A DNA stretch of 64,000 bases from Hyphomicrobiales bacterium. GTDB taxonomy: Bacteria; Pseudomonadota; Alphaproteobacteria; Rhizobiales; JAJFHB01. Under the pieces are notes generated by a model, which worked only from the letters and a program-made list of their open reading frames with translations, had not been told where the DNA came from and made no database searches. How positions within the stretch are numbered: the first letter of the stretch is position 1; the number at the start of each line of letters is the position of its first letter. The DNA is taken from positions 11,518 through 75,517 of the forward strand of contig JAJFHL010000283.1 in assembly GCA_021775615.1 (NCBI GenBank). The letters run 5' to 3'. Shown piece after piece: positions 26,900-36,379 of the stretch. A program made the translations under genes and the position numbers.

Positions 26900-28729
26900 A
26901 TGAAATTACTGCGCGTCGCGTCACTTGTGCTCACTGCCGCAGCCTTGGCGGCGACCGCTCCGGTGCCGGGAGGCAACGGACTTTCCGGGACGCATGCCAG
27001 GGCTGCGGAAGCGATCGGAACCTGGCGGGAAAAGTCCCAGCTTGTCTGGAACGCAAAAACCCGTCAGATGGAACGCCGCATGTTGCGCGTCTGGGACACC
27101 GAAAACCGTCGCGATCAGGAATTCTCGTGGGATGCGAGCGCCGCAAGCGGGCCGCTCGAAAACGGCCCCGTCAACGGTTCGGGGACGCTGGTCTGGCGCG
27201 AGCGCGGCGCATCGTCCTATGACCGCCAGTCGATCGTCAGCACCTACAGGGGCTCGATGCAAAACGGACGGCCGCATGGCGAAGGCGCTCTCAGCACCCG
27301 CGACGGGCTCACCTATGCCGGCGAATGGCGCGACGGCATGATGCATGGTCGCGGAGAGCTCCGATACACCAACGGCGACCGCTACACCGGCCGGTTCGCC
27401 AGCGGACTGCCCCACGGCGCCGGCCGGTATGCCCGGGCAAACGGAGAGCTGTACAATGGCGAGTTTGATAACGGGCGCCGTCACGGTCTCGGCATACTGA
27501 CCTCGCCTCAGGGTGTGGTTTTTCAGACAGAGTGGGCGTACGGCAAGGAATTGCCGGCATCGGCGCGGCGACGCAATACCGAGATCGCCAACGAGCCCAC
27601 GGACCTGACCGCGCACTTGATGCCGGCTGCCAACACGGTCGATGTCGACCGGATTGAGGTTTCGGTTGTCGTCGATCAGAAGATCAGCAAGCTGTACCAG
27701 CAGGCATATGGCGGCGTCTCCTATATCCACACCCAGTCGCCCGGCGAAACGTCAATTGCCCCGGACGATCCCGAATTGATGAACCGCTGGAAGGGCGGCG
27801 GGACGATCTCCTACAGCTGGTTGAGCCAGGAGGCGCCGGCATTCATCAAATTCGTAGTGCGTAACAAAACCGGCCGATATGCCTATTTTCAATCGGCCTA
27901 TCTCCATGTCTCGGACAGTGCCACCGACATGCATCCCCTGCTCGGTCTCAACTCTCACTGGGGCTGCGTCGGCTACCGCCCGACCTTCAACATGATCAAC
28001 AATGGCTGGGGACCGGCGGAGAACTCCAAGCTCGAGTTTTCGTTTGCGCGCGATGAACTTGCCGCGCCGGCAGACACCTACCAGCACAGTCTTGACGTCG
28101 GATCCATCGATGACGGTCAGGACGTCTATGTCGAAACCGCATTGCGCGATGCCGGCGTCGACGTCGAAAAACTCAAGGCGGCGCGCTTCACCTGCCCGTC
28201 TTACGAACAGCTGCCGGGATGCGGTTCGGACATCAAGGCGAAACTGCAACTGGGATCGCTGGGTCGCCATGTGGAAGTGGTCGACAACTATGTGCGCACG
28301 ACCCTGATCGGCAAGATGCGCTATTCCTGGCGCGACAACCAGGGCGAGACGCACCAAGGCGCGTCCGTGGTCAAGACCCCAATCCTCCTGGGATTTATCG
28401 ATGTTCCAGCCTTTGCAGAGTGCTCCGATCTGCCGCCGCCCGATGTCACCCTGCCCAAAGTACCCGAGATCCGCTTCGGGCTCGACAAGCAGGATTATCG
28501 CGTGGAAGTGCCGCTGCAGGGGGTCACCAGGCTTGGCCGGGAAAACGAATACGTCGTCTCGGCGAAAGTCGACAAAGGGTCCCAGCACGAGTTCAAGCTG
28601 GTTCTTGTTTTCACCGACGGCAGCGAAAAGGTTTCGCGGCCGGTCAAGTTTCAATTCTACAAGCCCCGGCCATCGAAGTTCGAAAGCAAGGTGGAGGTGC
28701 CTGCCTGCTACATCGAGGAAACGTGCTGA
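26900..28729 (+). CDS. Secreted MORN-repeat protein with a large uncharacterised C-terminal domain (paralog A)
   Basis: MKLLRVASLVLTAAALAATA signal peptide after a GGGAGG Shine-Dalgarno sequence. About 5 MORN repeats (YxGxWxxGxxHGxG pattern: GRPHGEGA..YAGEWRDGMMHGRGEL..YTGRFASGLPHGAGRY..YNGEFDNGRRHGLG). About 400 aa of unrecognised sequence follow, ending in PACYIEETC. Confidence 0.8.
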   Translation: MKLLRVASLVLTAAALAATAPVPGGNGLSGTHARAAEAIGTWREKSQLVWNAKTRQMERRMLRVWDTENRRDQEFSWDASAASGPLENGPVNGSGTLVWRERGASSYDRQSIVSTYRGSMQNGRPHGEGALSTRDGLTYAGEWRDGMMHGRGELRYTNGDRYTGRFASGLPHGAGRYARANGELYNGEFDNGRRHGLGILTSPQGVVFQTEWAYGKELPASARRRNTEIANEPTDLTAHLMPAANTVDVDRIEVSVVVDQKISKLYQQAYGGVSYIHTQSPGETSIAPDDPELMNRWKGGGTISYSWLSQEAPAFIKFVVRNKTGRYAYFQSAYLHVSDSATDMHPLLGLNSHWGCVGYRPTFNMINNGWGPAENSKLEFSFARDELAAPADTYQHSLDVGSIDDGQDVYVETALRDAGVDVEKLKAARFTCPSYEQLPGCGSDIKAKLQLGSLGRHVEVVDNYVRTTLIGKMRYSWRDNQGETHQGASVVKTPILLGFIDVPAFAECSDLPPPDVTLPKVPEIRFGLDKQDYRVEVPLQGVTRLGRENEYVVSAKVDKGSQHEFKLVLVFTDGSEKVSRPVKFQFYKPRPSKFESKVEVPACYIEETC

Positions 28730-28820
28730 CGCGGCGGTTTCGCGGACCGGGCTTGTCTGGCGAAAGTCGTGAAACCATAATCTTGACAGTGACCGATAAT
28801 GAGCTGAGCCAGAAGGAAGA

Positions 28821-30659
28821 ATGGCCGGTCTTCTGAAATTCATGGCGACCTGTGCACTTGCCGCGACTGCCGTTGTCCTGGTCGAGCCGTTGCCACACGG
28901 CGCGGTCGCTGCGACACGCTCGCCGGTGCCCGCGGTTACCGGCATATGGAGACAAAAATCTCAGCTTGTCTGGAACCACGGTACCGGCGAGATGGAGCGC
29001 AGGCTCCTGCAGGTCTGGGACAACCAGAACCGCGCCGATCAGGAGTTCTCGTGGGACGCCGATACTGCCGGCGGACATGTGGACAACGGGCCGATTAACG
29101 GCTCGGGCCTTCTGGTGTGGAGGGAACGCGGCGCGCCGGCCTACGACAAGGCGGCAATCGTCAGCATTTATCGCGGTGTCCTCCTCAACGGCCGGCCGCA
29201 TGGCGACGGTGTGCTCACCACCCGAAAAGGGCTCGTCTATGCCGGCCGATGGCGCAATGGTGAGATGCATGGGCACGGCGATCTGCACTACGCCAACGGC
29301 GATCACTATGCGGGTGAGTTTTCGTACGGCCTGTCGCATGGAGACGGCCGTCTGGCGCAGGCCGGCGGCGAAATCTACGAAGGCCGGTTTCGCGACGGAG
29401 AGCGCCATGGGACCGGCCGCCTGACGACACCCGGCGGCGGCGTCCATCAGACCGAATGGACCTCTGGTGTCGAGCACCACCTGTCCGCCGCCAGGCGCGG
29501 CGCCGACCTTCCGGATGATGCAGGATCGGTTCCGGACAATTACGGCCTCGCAGCCGCCGGAGACATCAACCTCAACAAGCTGGCATTGTCGGTGGTGGTC
29601 GACCGGGAGGTCAGCCAAAAACAGCAGATGCGACATGGCGGAATGACCTATGTCCACCTGCATGAAGGCGGCAGTACCCGCATCATCCCGAACCAACCGC
29701 AACTCCTGAAGCGGTGGAAGGGTGACGGCACGTTGTCCTACAGCAGTGTCTACAATTTTGCCCCCGCCTATCTCAAGTTCGTGGTCCGCAACCGTACCGG
29801 CGGGAAAATCGCGGTACGAAGCGCTTATCTCGAAGTCGTCGACAGCCGCACCGACCTGCAGCCCCTGCTTGGCCTTGACAGCCACTGGGGTTGTGTCGGC
29901 TACCGGCCCACGTTCAACTTCACCAACCATGGCTGGGGGCCTGCTGAGGACGCACGGGTGGAGTTTTCGTTCGTACGCTCGTTTCAGGACGAGGCGCCGG
30001 AACAGCACAGCTACGCCCTCAATCTGGGAACATTCAAGGGCGGGCGAGACGTATCGATCGAGTCGGCGCTGAAAGCCGCCGGCGTCGACGTGCCAAAACT
30101 GAAAGCCGCGCGATACAAATGCCCTTCAGCGGAACAACTGCCGGGATGCCGGACAGACGTCATCCGAAAGCTTCAATTTGGACAACTGCAGCAGAAAGTC
30201 GAAGAAAGCGGCTTCTATCTGCGGACCAATCTGGTTGGACGGCTCAGCTATACCTGGAGGGATTCCGAGGGCGAAACGCACGAGCGTTCATCGGCGATCA
30301 AGACACCGATCCAGCTGACCGCCATCGAGCTTCCGAGCTATGCCGAATGCGGCGGCGCGGAGGACGAACTCCCGCCGGTCGCAAATGTGCCGCTGGTCCG
30401 TTTCAGCCTCGACAAAAAGAACTATCGGATCGAGGTGCCTCTGCGTGGCGGCTGGACGCTGCGCCGGCGCAGCGAGTTCACGGTTGCCGCCAGGGCGTAC
30501 AGATCATCCCTGCACCGGTTCAGGCTGGTCATCGTGCTGAAGGACGGTTCGACGAAGACGTCTCCGCCGATCGAAATGGACTTCTATCGGCCTGTGGTGA
30601 AACCGTTCAAGACATCGGTGAAGACACCTGCGTGCTACATAGTCGAGTCGAGCTGCTAA
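28821..30659 (+). CDS. Secreted MORN-repeat protein with a large uncharacterised C-terminal domain (paralog B)
   Basis: Collinear with paralog A over its full length: MORN block, HWGCVGYRPTFN, KLKAARxxCPSxEQLPGC and terminal PACYIVESSC. The N-terminus is signal-like. Confidence 0.8.
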   Translation: MAGLLKFMATCALAATAVVLVEPLPHGAVAATRSPVPAVTGIWRQKSQLVWNHGTGEMERRLLQVWDNQNRADQEFSWDADTAGGHVDNGPINGSGLLVWRERGAPAYDKAAIVSIYRGVLLNGRPHGDGVLTTRKGLVYAGRWRNGEMHGHGDLHYANGDHYAGEFSYGLSHGDGRLAQAGGEIYEGRFRDGERHGTGRLTTPGGGVHQTEWTSGVEHHLSAARRGADLPDDAGSVPDNYGLAAAGDINLNKLALSVVVDREVSQKQQMRHGGMTYVHLHEGGSTRIIPNQPQLLKRWKGDGTLSYSSVYNFAPAYLKFVVRNRTGGKIAVRSAYLEVVDSRTDLQPLLGLDSHWGCVGYRPTFNFTNHGWGPAEDARVEFSFVRSFQDEAPEQHSYALNLGTFKGGRDVSIESALKAAGVDVPKLKAARYKCPSAEQLPGCRTDVIRKLQFGQLQQKVEESGFYLRTNLVGRLSYTWRDSEGETHERSSAIKTPIQLTAIELPSYAECGGAEDELPPVANVPLVRFSLDKKNYRIEVPLRGGWTLRRRSEFTVAARAYRSSLHRFRLVIVLKDGSTKTSPPIEMDFYRPVVKPFKTSVKTPACYIVESSC

Positions 30660-30675
30660 CGCGATTTCGGCCTGC

Positions 30676-32436
30676 TCAGTCGATCCGTGTCCGCGGTATC
30701 TCTCTCATGGCATCGTAGTAGTTCGGAATCGGGATCAACCGCGAAAAGAACGTGCCCTGATCGAAGAACCGTACTTCCAGAAGAACTCCCGACGCTGTTT
30801 CGGCCGTCTGGTCGAAGATGAAGTTGCCCAGCGAATAGACCCTCTGCGTCTGGCCGCCGGCAAGTGTCTCAATTTTCGCGCTCGCGCGGTGCGAGTGGAC
30901 GCCGATGATTGCGGAGAAGCCGCGAATGCGCAGTTCCTGTGACAGATCTTCTTCACGCGCACCGGCCTCAGTCTCCCCTTCCGCGCCCCAATGGACGAAT
31001 GCGATCAGCGGCGGCGCCTTGGACGGATCGAAGAGCCCGTCCAGAAGATCGGCGGTGATCAGGTTTCCCGCAGCCGGGCCGGCGTTGCGAAAGTCGGTGA
31101 GACCGGCGGCGCGAAATGGCCCAAGATCAACGATTTCGCCCTGTGCAAGCACGGCTATTTCGAGTTCCTCAAGCTGCGCCCGCATCTCCGCAAATGCAGT
31201 GGGTCCCATATCGCTCGTGTGATTGTTTGCCAGACTTACGGCGACCACGCCCAAACGATGCAGCCAGTTGACCGCGATGCCCGACGGCATTGTCATGGTC
31301 GAGTAGCGCATGCTCTCAGGCACTTCGTCGAGAATGACCCCTTCGAGATTGAGGACGATGGGACGGTAGCGCGTGATGTCCAGGATGTTTTCACTCACTG
31401 CAGCGGCAACTGTCCGGTCCGCCAGAAGGTAGGTCAGGTTGCGTCCGAGCAAGGTGTCGCCGGCGAAGTAGAACACCTGCTGCCCGTCGATGGTATCGAG
31501 CACCGGCGCCGCATCGGCCCCGCGCAGAAACACCTGCACCATATAGCTTGTGGTCTCGTCAATCTCGACCGTCGTGTAGCTCTGGGAGTTTGCGTTCGCA
31601 ACGACAATGAGCTCGGCGCCGAACACATCCTTCTGGAGCTTCATCTGGACATATTGCGCGCCGATCGCGTCCATGTGCTCCACCGGAAGCAGCGTCGCGA
31701 CCTCCTCCGCGGACCCGGACGAAAGCGTGTTCAGAACCTCCTGATCCCGCTGTACGGCCTTGGCCATAGGCAGAAAATGAGAGAAGTCCGTTGACTGGAC
31801 GATCAGGGTCTTTGGCGTCAGCAATGGCTTCAAACGTTCGACCAGTGCGTCCCAGTCACGCTTCTTGGCGCCCGGCGCAATCGCGACCGGAACCACCGGG
31901 ACGTTCGGAAAAAAGTGACGGATAAACGGCAGAAGCGCACGGATACCATGCTCGCGCTCGAACAGATCGGACGGCGCGATGTGTTGTCCGCCATCGACAA
32001 GCGCGTCGACCGCCTCGCCATCGACGTCGACGGGGCCAAGCACGGTCTCAAAACCGCGCCGAGTGGTGGCAATCGCCGTGTGTGCGCCTTTGAAGTGATC
32101 GGGGAGGAGCACCACGATCCGGTCATAGTCATGACCCGCCGCATACCAGAAACCCTTCGCGATCAGGTCGGAGGCCAGCAGATGATGCGGCACCGTAATG
32201 CCGGTGACAGCGGCGTCGCGATCTGCCGCGGTCCATGCATTATCCGGTTTCGCTTTGGCGATCGCATCGGTGAACTCGGCCGCAAGTTGGTAAAACTGGG
32301 GATACCGGCCCGCATCTTGGCCCAACGCAGCCCCTTCTGCCGCGGACAGCCAGAGGAGGACGGCGCCCGCTCCAAGCCCAAAGGGTCGAATGCAACGCAG
32401 GCACCAGGTCCATACTCGGTCAGACTCACCAGGCAA
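30676..32436 (-). CDS. Secreted fusion protein: MEMO1/AmmeMemoRadiSam-B-like N-domain plus CapA-family metallophosphoesterase C-domain
   Basis: Signal-like N-terminus. ITVPHHLLA, VVLLPDHF and EHGIRALLPF resemble the MEMO family. LANNHTSDMG, FVHWGAEGE and IIGVHSHRAS resemble the CapA/PGA_cap family. Confidence 0.65.
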   Translation of the reverse strand: MPGESDRVWTWCLRCIRPFGLGAGAVLLWLSAAEGAALGQDAGRYPQFYQLAAEFTDAIAKAKPDNAWTAADRDAAVTGITVPHHLLASDLIAKGFWYAAGHDYDRIVVLLPDHFKGAHTAIATTRRGFETVLGPVDVDGEAVDALVDGGQHIAPSDLFEREHGIRALLPFIRHFFPNVPVVPVAIAPGAKKRDWDALVERLKPLLTPKTLIVQSTDFSHFLPMAKAVQRDQEVLNTLSSGSAEEVATLLPVEHMDAIGAQYVQMKLQKDVFGAELIVVANANSQSYTTVEIDETTSYMVQVFLRGADAAPVLDTIDGQQVFYFAGDTLLGRNLTYLLADRTVAAAVSENILDITRYRPIVLNLEGVILDEVPESMRYSTMTMPSGIAVNWLHRLGVVAVSLANNHTSDMGPTAFAEMRAQLEELEIAVLAQGEIVDLGPFRAAGLTDFRNAGPAAGNLITADLLDGLFDPSKAPPLIAFVHWGAEGETEAGAREEDLSQELRIRGFSAIIGVHSHRASAKIETLAGGQTQRVYSLGNFIFDQTAETASGVLLEVRFFDQGTFFSRLIPIPNYYDAMREIPRTRID

Positions 32437-32477
32437 GGTGGAAACCTTCCTTCTTCCCCGGATCGTTGCGGGTTGCC

Positions 32478-33866
32478 CTACTCCGCCGCGATGACCGGCT
32501 TCGCAGGACCGCGTATTGCGCGTTCCTTCTTCAAACCCTCAGCAATCAGGAAGGCAAGCTCGAGCGCCTGATCCGCGTTGAGCCTGGGGTCGCAATGGGT
32601 GTGGTAGCGGTCATGCAGATCCGCATCTGAAATCGAGCGGACGCCGCCGGTGCATTCGGTGACGTTCTTGCCGGTCATTTCCACATGGATGCCGCCGGCA
32701 TGGGTGCCTTCGGCGCGGTGCACATCCATGAAGTTGCGCACTTCGCTCATGATCAGGTCGAACGGCCTTGTCTTGTAGCCGCTTGAGGCCTTGACCGTGT
32801 TGCCATGCATGGGATCGCAGGACCAGACCACCTTGTGGCCTTCCCGTTTGACCGCCTGGATGAGGCCTGGAAGATGCTTCTCCACATTGTCGGCGCCGAA
32901 ACGGCAGATCAGCGTCAGCCGTCCCGCCTCGTTCTCCGGGTTGAGCAGCTCAATCAGCTGCATCAGTCCGTCGGGTTCGAGCGAAGGGCCGCATTTGAGC
33001 CCAAGCGGGTTCTTGATGCCCGAGCAATATTCGATGTGGGCGCCATCGGGCTGACGTGTACGGTCGCCGATCCAGACCATGTGTCCGGAGGTGGCGTACC
33101 AGTCGCCGGAAATCGAGTCGACGCGGGTCAGCGCCTGCTCATAGCCCAAGAGCAGCGCTTCGTGGCTGGTGAAGAAATCGGTCGTCCGCAAGCTGGCATC
33201 CGTGTCCGGGTTGACGCCGCAGGCGCGCATGAACTCCAGGGACTCGGAAATCCGGTCGGCAAGCTCCTGGTACCGTTCGCTGGCCGGTGTGTCTTTCAGG
33301 AAGCCCAACGTCCATTGATGGACATGCTCGAGATTGGCGTAGCCACCCTGGGCGAAAGCCCTCAAGAGATTGAGCGTCGCGGCAGCCTGCCGGTAGGCCT
33401 GCAGCTGACGCTTGGGATTGGGAATTCGCGCCTTTTCGTCGAACTCGATCGCATTGATGATGTCGCCGCGGTAACTCGGCAACTCGATATCGCCCTGGGC
33501 TTCCACCGGCGAGGATCGCGGCTTGGCGAACTGGCCCGCAATGCGGCCGACCTTGACCACCGGAGAGGCGGCCGCATAGGTCAACACCACGGCCATCTGC
33601 AGGAAGACGCGGAAGAAATCACGGATATTGTCGGCAGAGTGTTCGGCAAAGGCCTCGGCGCAATCGCCACCTTGAAGCAGGAACGCGTTTCCGTTCGCCA
33701 CTTCGGCCAGATGCTGTTTCAGCTTGCGGGCTTCACCTGCAAAAACCAGCGGCGGAAACTCCGCCAATTCACCCTCGACCCGCGCCAGAAGATCGGCGTC
33801 GTCATAGTCAGGCACCTGCACGATTGGTTTTTCGCGCCAGCTCTGGGGTGACCAGTCTTTAGCCAT
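32478..33866 (-). CDS. 3-deoxy-7-phosphoheptulonate (DAHP) synthase, class II
   Basis: 462 aa. The N-terminal [17 protein letters not shown] and overall length are typical of the class II (plant-like) enzyme. Confidence 0.9.
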   Translation of the reverse strand: MAKDWSPQSWREKPIVQVPDYDDADLLARVEGELAEFPPLVFAGEARKLKQHLAEVANGNAFLLQGGDCAEAFAEHSADNIRDFFRVFLQMAVVLTYAAASPVVKVGRIAGQFAKPRSSPVEAQGDIELPSYRGDIINAIEFDEKARIPNPKRQLQAYRQAAATLNLLRAFAQGGYANLEHVHQWTLGFLKDTPASERYQELADRISESLEFMRACGVNPDTDASLRTTDFFTSHEALLLGYEQALTRVDSISGDWYATSGHMVWIGDRTRQPDGAHIEYCSGIKNPLGLKCGPSLEPDGLMQLIELLNPENEAGRLTLICRFGADNVEKHLPGLIQAVKREGHKVVWSCDPMHGNTVKASSGYKTRPFDLIMSEVRNFMDVHRAEGTHAGGIHVEMTGKNVTECTGGVRSISDADLHDRYHTHCDPRLNADQALELAFLIAEGLKKERAIRGPAKPVIAAE

Positions 33867-34171
33867 TGCTCCGTTCCTTAAATGTCGCGGAAGCGAACCT
33901 CCGCACCGTCAGACTCATACTAACCGGCGGGTCCTGTGGGACCGGTTAACGGTTGCGCCGATCTTAAGTGATGCACCGTGGCTTCGGCGAAATTACGCTG
34001 CCGGACCATAACGGCCGGGCTTCAGCCAGCGGACATGCATACCTTATAACGGCAACGCAGGTTGAATGACAATCGCTGTAAGAGTCTGGGTTAAGGACGT
34101 GCCCCGCATGACGGCCATGAGCACTCCAGTTTTCCGGTGAAACCGGCCTGCGGTTATGCCAGACTGGCCCT

Positions 34172-35305
34172 ATGTCAAAGTCAGAACCAGAATTCACAAT
34201 CGGCATCGAGGAAGAGTACCTGCTGGTCGACAAGGACAGCCGGGATCTGGTGCACGATGCTCCGCAGGACCTGATGGACGAGTGCGAGGCGGAATTGCAT
34301 TCGCAGGTCAGTCCGGAATTCCTGCAGTGCCAGATCGAAGTCGGCACCAGGGTCTGTGCGTCGGTGCAGGAGGCGCGCGACGATCTCCGCCGGCTGCGCC
34401 AGACCATCGTCAAGCACGCCTCAGAGCACAACCTGGCGCCGATTGCGGCCTCCACCCATCCCTTCGCCCTCTGGCAGGACCAGCATCATACAGACAAGGA
34501 ACGCTACACCATGCTGGCAAAGGATCTGCAGCTGGTGGTGCGGCGCATGCTGATCTCCGGCATGCACGTACATGTCTGCATCGAGGACGAAGATCTGCGC
34601 ATCGACCTCTTCAACCAGTTGCCCTATTTCCTGCCGCATATTCTGGCGCTGAGCACGTCGTCTCCGTTCTGGCAGGGCCGCAACACGGGGCTGAAATCCT
34701 ATCGTCTTATTGTCTTTGACGGCCTGCCGCGCACCGGCCTGCCGCCGAGTTTCTCAAGCTATGGCGAATATGAGCGCACCGCCAATGTGCTGGTCAAGGC
34801 GGGGCTGATCGAAGACACCACGAAAGTGTGGTGGGACCTGCGCCCGTCGGCAAGGTTTCCAACCCTTGAGGTGCGCATCTGCGATGTCTGCACCTATCTT
34901 GAGGACGCGATCTGCATTGCCGCGACCTACCGCTGCATCGCCCGGATGCTTTACCGGCTGCGCCGCAACAATCAGCGCTGGCGCAGCTACGACCGGTTCC
35001 TGGTGAACGAGAACCGCTGGCGCGCGCAGCGCTACGGTTTCGAAAACGGATTGATCGATCTCGGCCGCGGCAATGTCGTGGCATACCGCGATCTGGTGGA
35101 AGAGATCATCGAACTGACCGCGCCGGATGCGGAGCACTTCGGCTGCTCAGAAGAAGTGCAGCACGCGCTCACGATTGTCGACCGGGGCACCAGCGCCGAC
35201 CGGCAGATAAAGTGTTTCGATGAGGCCAAACAGGGCGGCGCCGGGGACGAAGAAGCCCTTCAGGCCGTTGTCGACCAGTTGATTGCGGAAACCGCAGAAC
35301 AGTAG
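34172..35305 (+). CDS. Carboxylate-amine ligase, YbdK / glutamate-cysteine ligase family 2
   Basis: N-terminal [19 protein letters not shown] and a typical length of 377 aa. Confidence 0.85.
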   Translation: MSKSEPEFTIGIEEEYLLVDKDSRDLVHDAPQDLMDECEAELHSQVSPEFLQCQIEVGTRVCASVQEARDDLRRLRQTIVKHASEHNLAPIAASTHPFALWQDQHHTDKERYTMLAKDLQLVVRRMLISGMHVHVCIEDEDLRIDLFNQLPYFLPHILALSTSSPFWQGRNTGLKSYRLIVFDGLPRTGLPPSFSSYGEYERTANVLVKAGLIEDTTKVWWDLRPSARFPTLEVRICDVCTYLEDAICIAATYRCIARMLYRLRRNNQRWRSYDRFLVNENRWRAQRYGFENGLIDLGRGNVVAYRDLVEEIIELTAPDAEHFGCSEEVQHALTIVDRGTSADRQIKCFDEAKQGGAGDEEALQAVVDQLIAETAEQ

Positions 35306-35315
35306 GAGACCCGTT

Positions 35316-35921
35316 ATGGGAGAGCTGCAGACCATACCAGAGCGCGGTGGCAAGGCCGCCGCGGTCAAAAAGGGGCAGTCGATCAAGATCATCAACACCC
35401 ATGGGAGCCAGGTGGTCGACACGTGGGCGTTCAACGCGGACGATCTCACTGAATTCATGTCGATGGAACATACTCGAAGTGTTCTTTTGAAGCTGATCCC
35501 GGACACCGGTGATGCCTATTATTCAAACAAGCGCCGCGCCATCGTGACCATGACGGAGGACACCTCGAGCGGCATTCACGACACTCTGCTCGCCGCCTGC
35601 AACAAGGAGCGCTATGAGCAGCTCGGTTGCACCGAGTACCACGCCAACTGCACCGACAATCTTGCCGCCGCGATGCAGGAGCTCGGCCTGAAGGAGCCGG
35701 AAACGCCGAGCCCGCTCAATGTTTTCATGAACATTCCATGGACCGGAAGCGGCGCCCTTTCCTTCGAAGAACCCAAAACCGGGCCCGGCGATTATGTGGT
35801 GCTGCGCGCGGAAATGGACTGCATCGTCGCCATGTCCGCCTGCCCGCAGGACATGGTGCCCATCAACGGCGCCGACTGCTTGCCGACGGAAGCGCATTTC
35901 GAGGTGCTTGACGGGGTTTAA
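35316..35921 (+). CDS. DUF1989 (urea-carboxylase-associated-like) family protein
   Basis: IPERGGKAAAVKKGQSIKIINTHGSQVVDTWAF start region. ATG 35316 is preceded by AGGAGA. It lies 10 nt after the ligase stop codon. Confidence 0.7.
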   Translation: MGELQTIPERGGKAAAVKKGQSIKIINTHGSQVVDTWAFNADDLTEFMSMEHTRSVLLKLIPDTGDAYYSNKRRAIVTMTEDTSSGIHDTLLAACNKERYEQLGCTEYHANCTDNLAAAMQELGLKEPETPSPLNVFMNIPWTGSGALSFEEPKTGPGDYVVLRAEMDCIVAMSACPQDMVPINGADCLPTEAHFEVLDGV

Positions 35922-36379
35922 TCGGCAGGCTTGAACCCCAGCAGGTGCGCGCGGCATGCGTGGCAGTCGGAACTGCCGAACCCTTCGACGGGAAAGTTGA
36001 AACCGGGGGCCTCCGCGAGAGCGCCCGCAATCTCACATTCCGACACTCCCGGCAGAGATGCCGTCCACAGCCCATCGGCAGCCGTGGTCAGGTGGTCGAT
36101 GTGCCAGCGCACGGTCTTGTCTTTGCGCAGATGGCGCCCTGCCCGCGCCGCGACGCCACCGGGACCGCGTGCACTTCCCGCATAGAGATACCAGCCCACC
36201 GCAAGCGTCTGACCGATGAACCTCGGGACGCTCAGCACGAGCTTCGAGTCAAGACGGGCGAAAAGCAGATAGCTGCCCGGATCTCGCGGCAATTCAGCAG
36301 CGTCGTTGAAAAGTTCCAGCCGTCCCGACAACGCCGTTCCAACGCGGTTTGTCAGGTCGGCGGGCGGGCGGGCGTTCAT
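35918..36379 (-). CDS. DUF123 / GIY-YIG (Uri) superfamily protein
   Basis: GWYLYAGSA...RHLRKDKTVRWHIDHL and FGSSDCHACRAHL motifs. ATG 36379 overlaps the gor stop codon (ATGA). Confidence 0.65.
   Translation of the reverse strand: MNARPPADLTNRVGTALSGRLELFNDAAELPRDPGSYLLFARLDSKLVLSVPRFIGQTLAVGWYLYAGSARGPGGVAARAGRHLRKDKTVRWHIDHLTTAADGLWTASLPGVSECEIAGALAEAPGFNFPVEGFGSSDCHACRAHLLGFKPAD

Noticed and set aside
26791-28800. Perfect TTGACA hexamers in both spacers of the TIR/MORN block (26791-26796 and 28783-28788) as -35 promoter boxes.
   Set aside because: No acceptable -10 element lies at 16-18 nt spacing (GATAAT at 28795 is only 6 nt away). Promoter calls are therefore not supported, and the hexamers are mentioned only as a caveat to the operon hypothesis.
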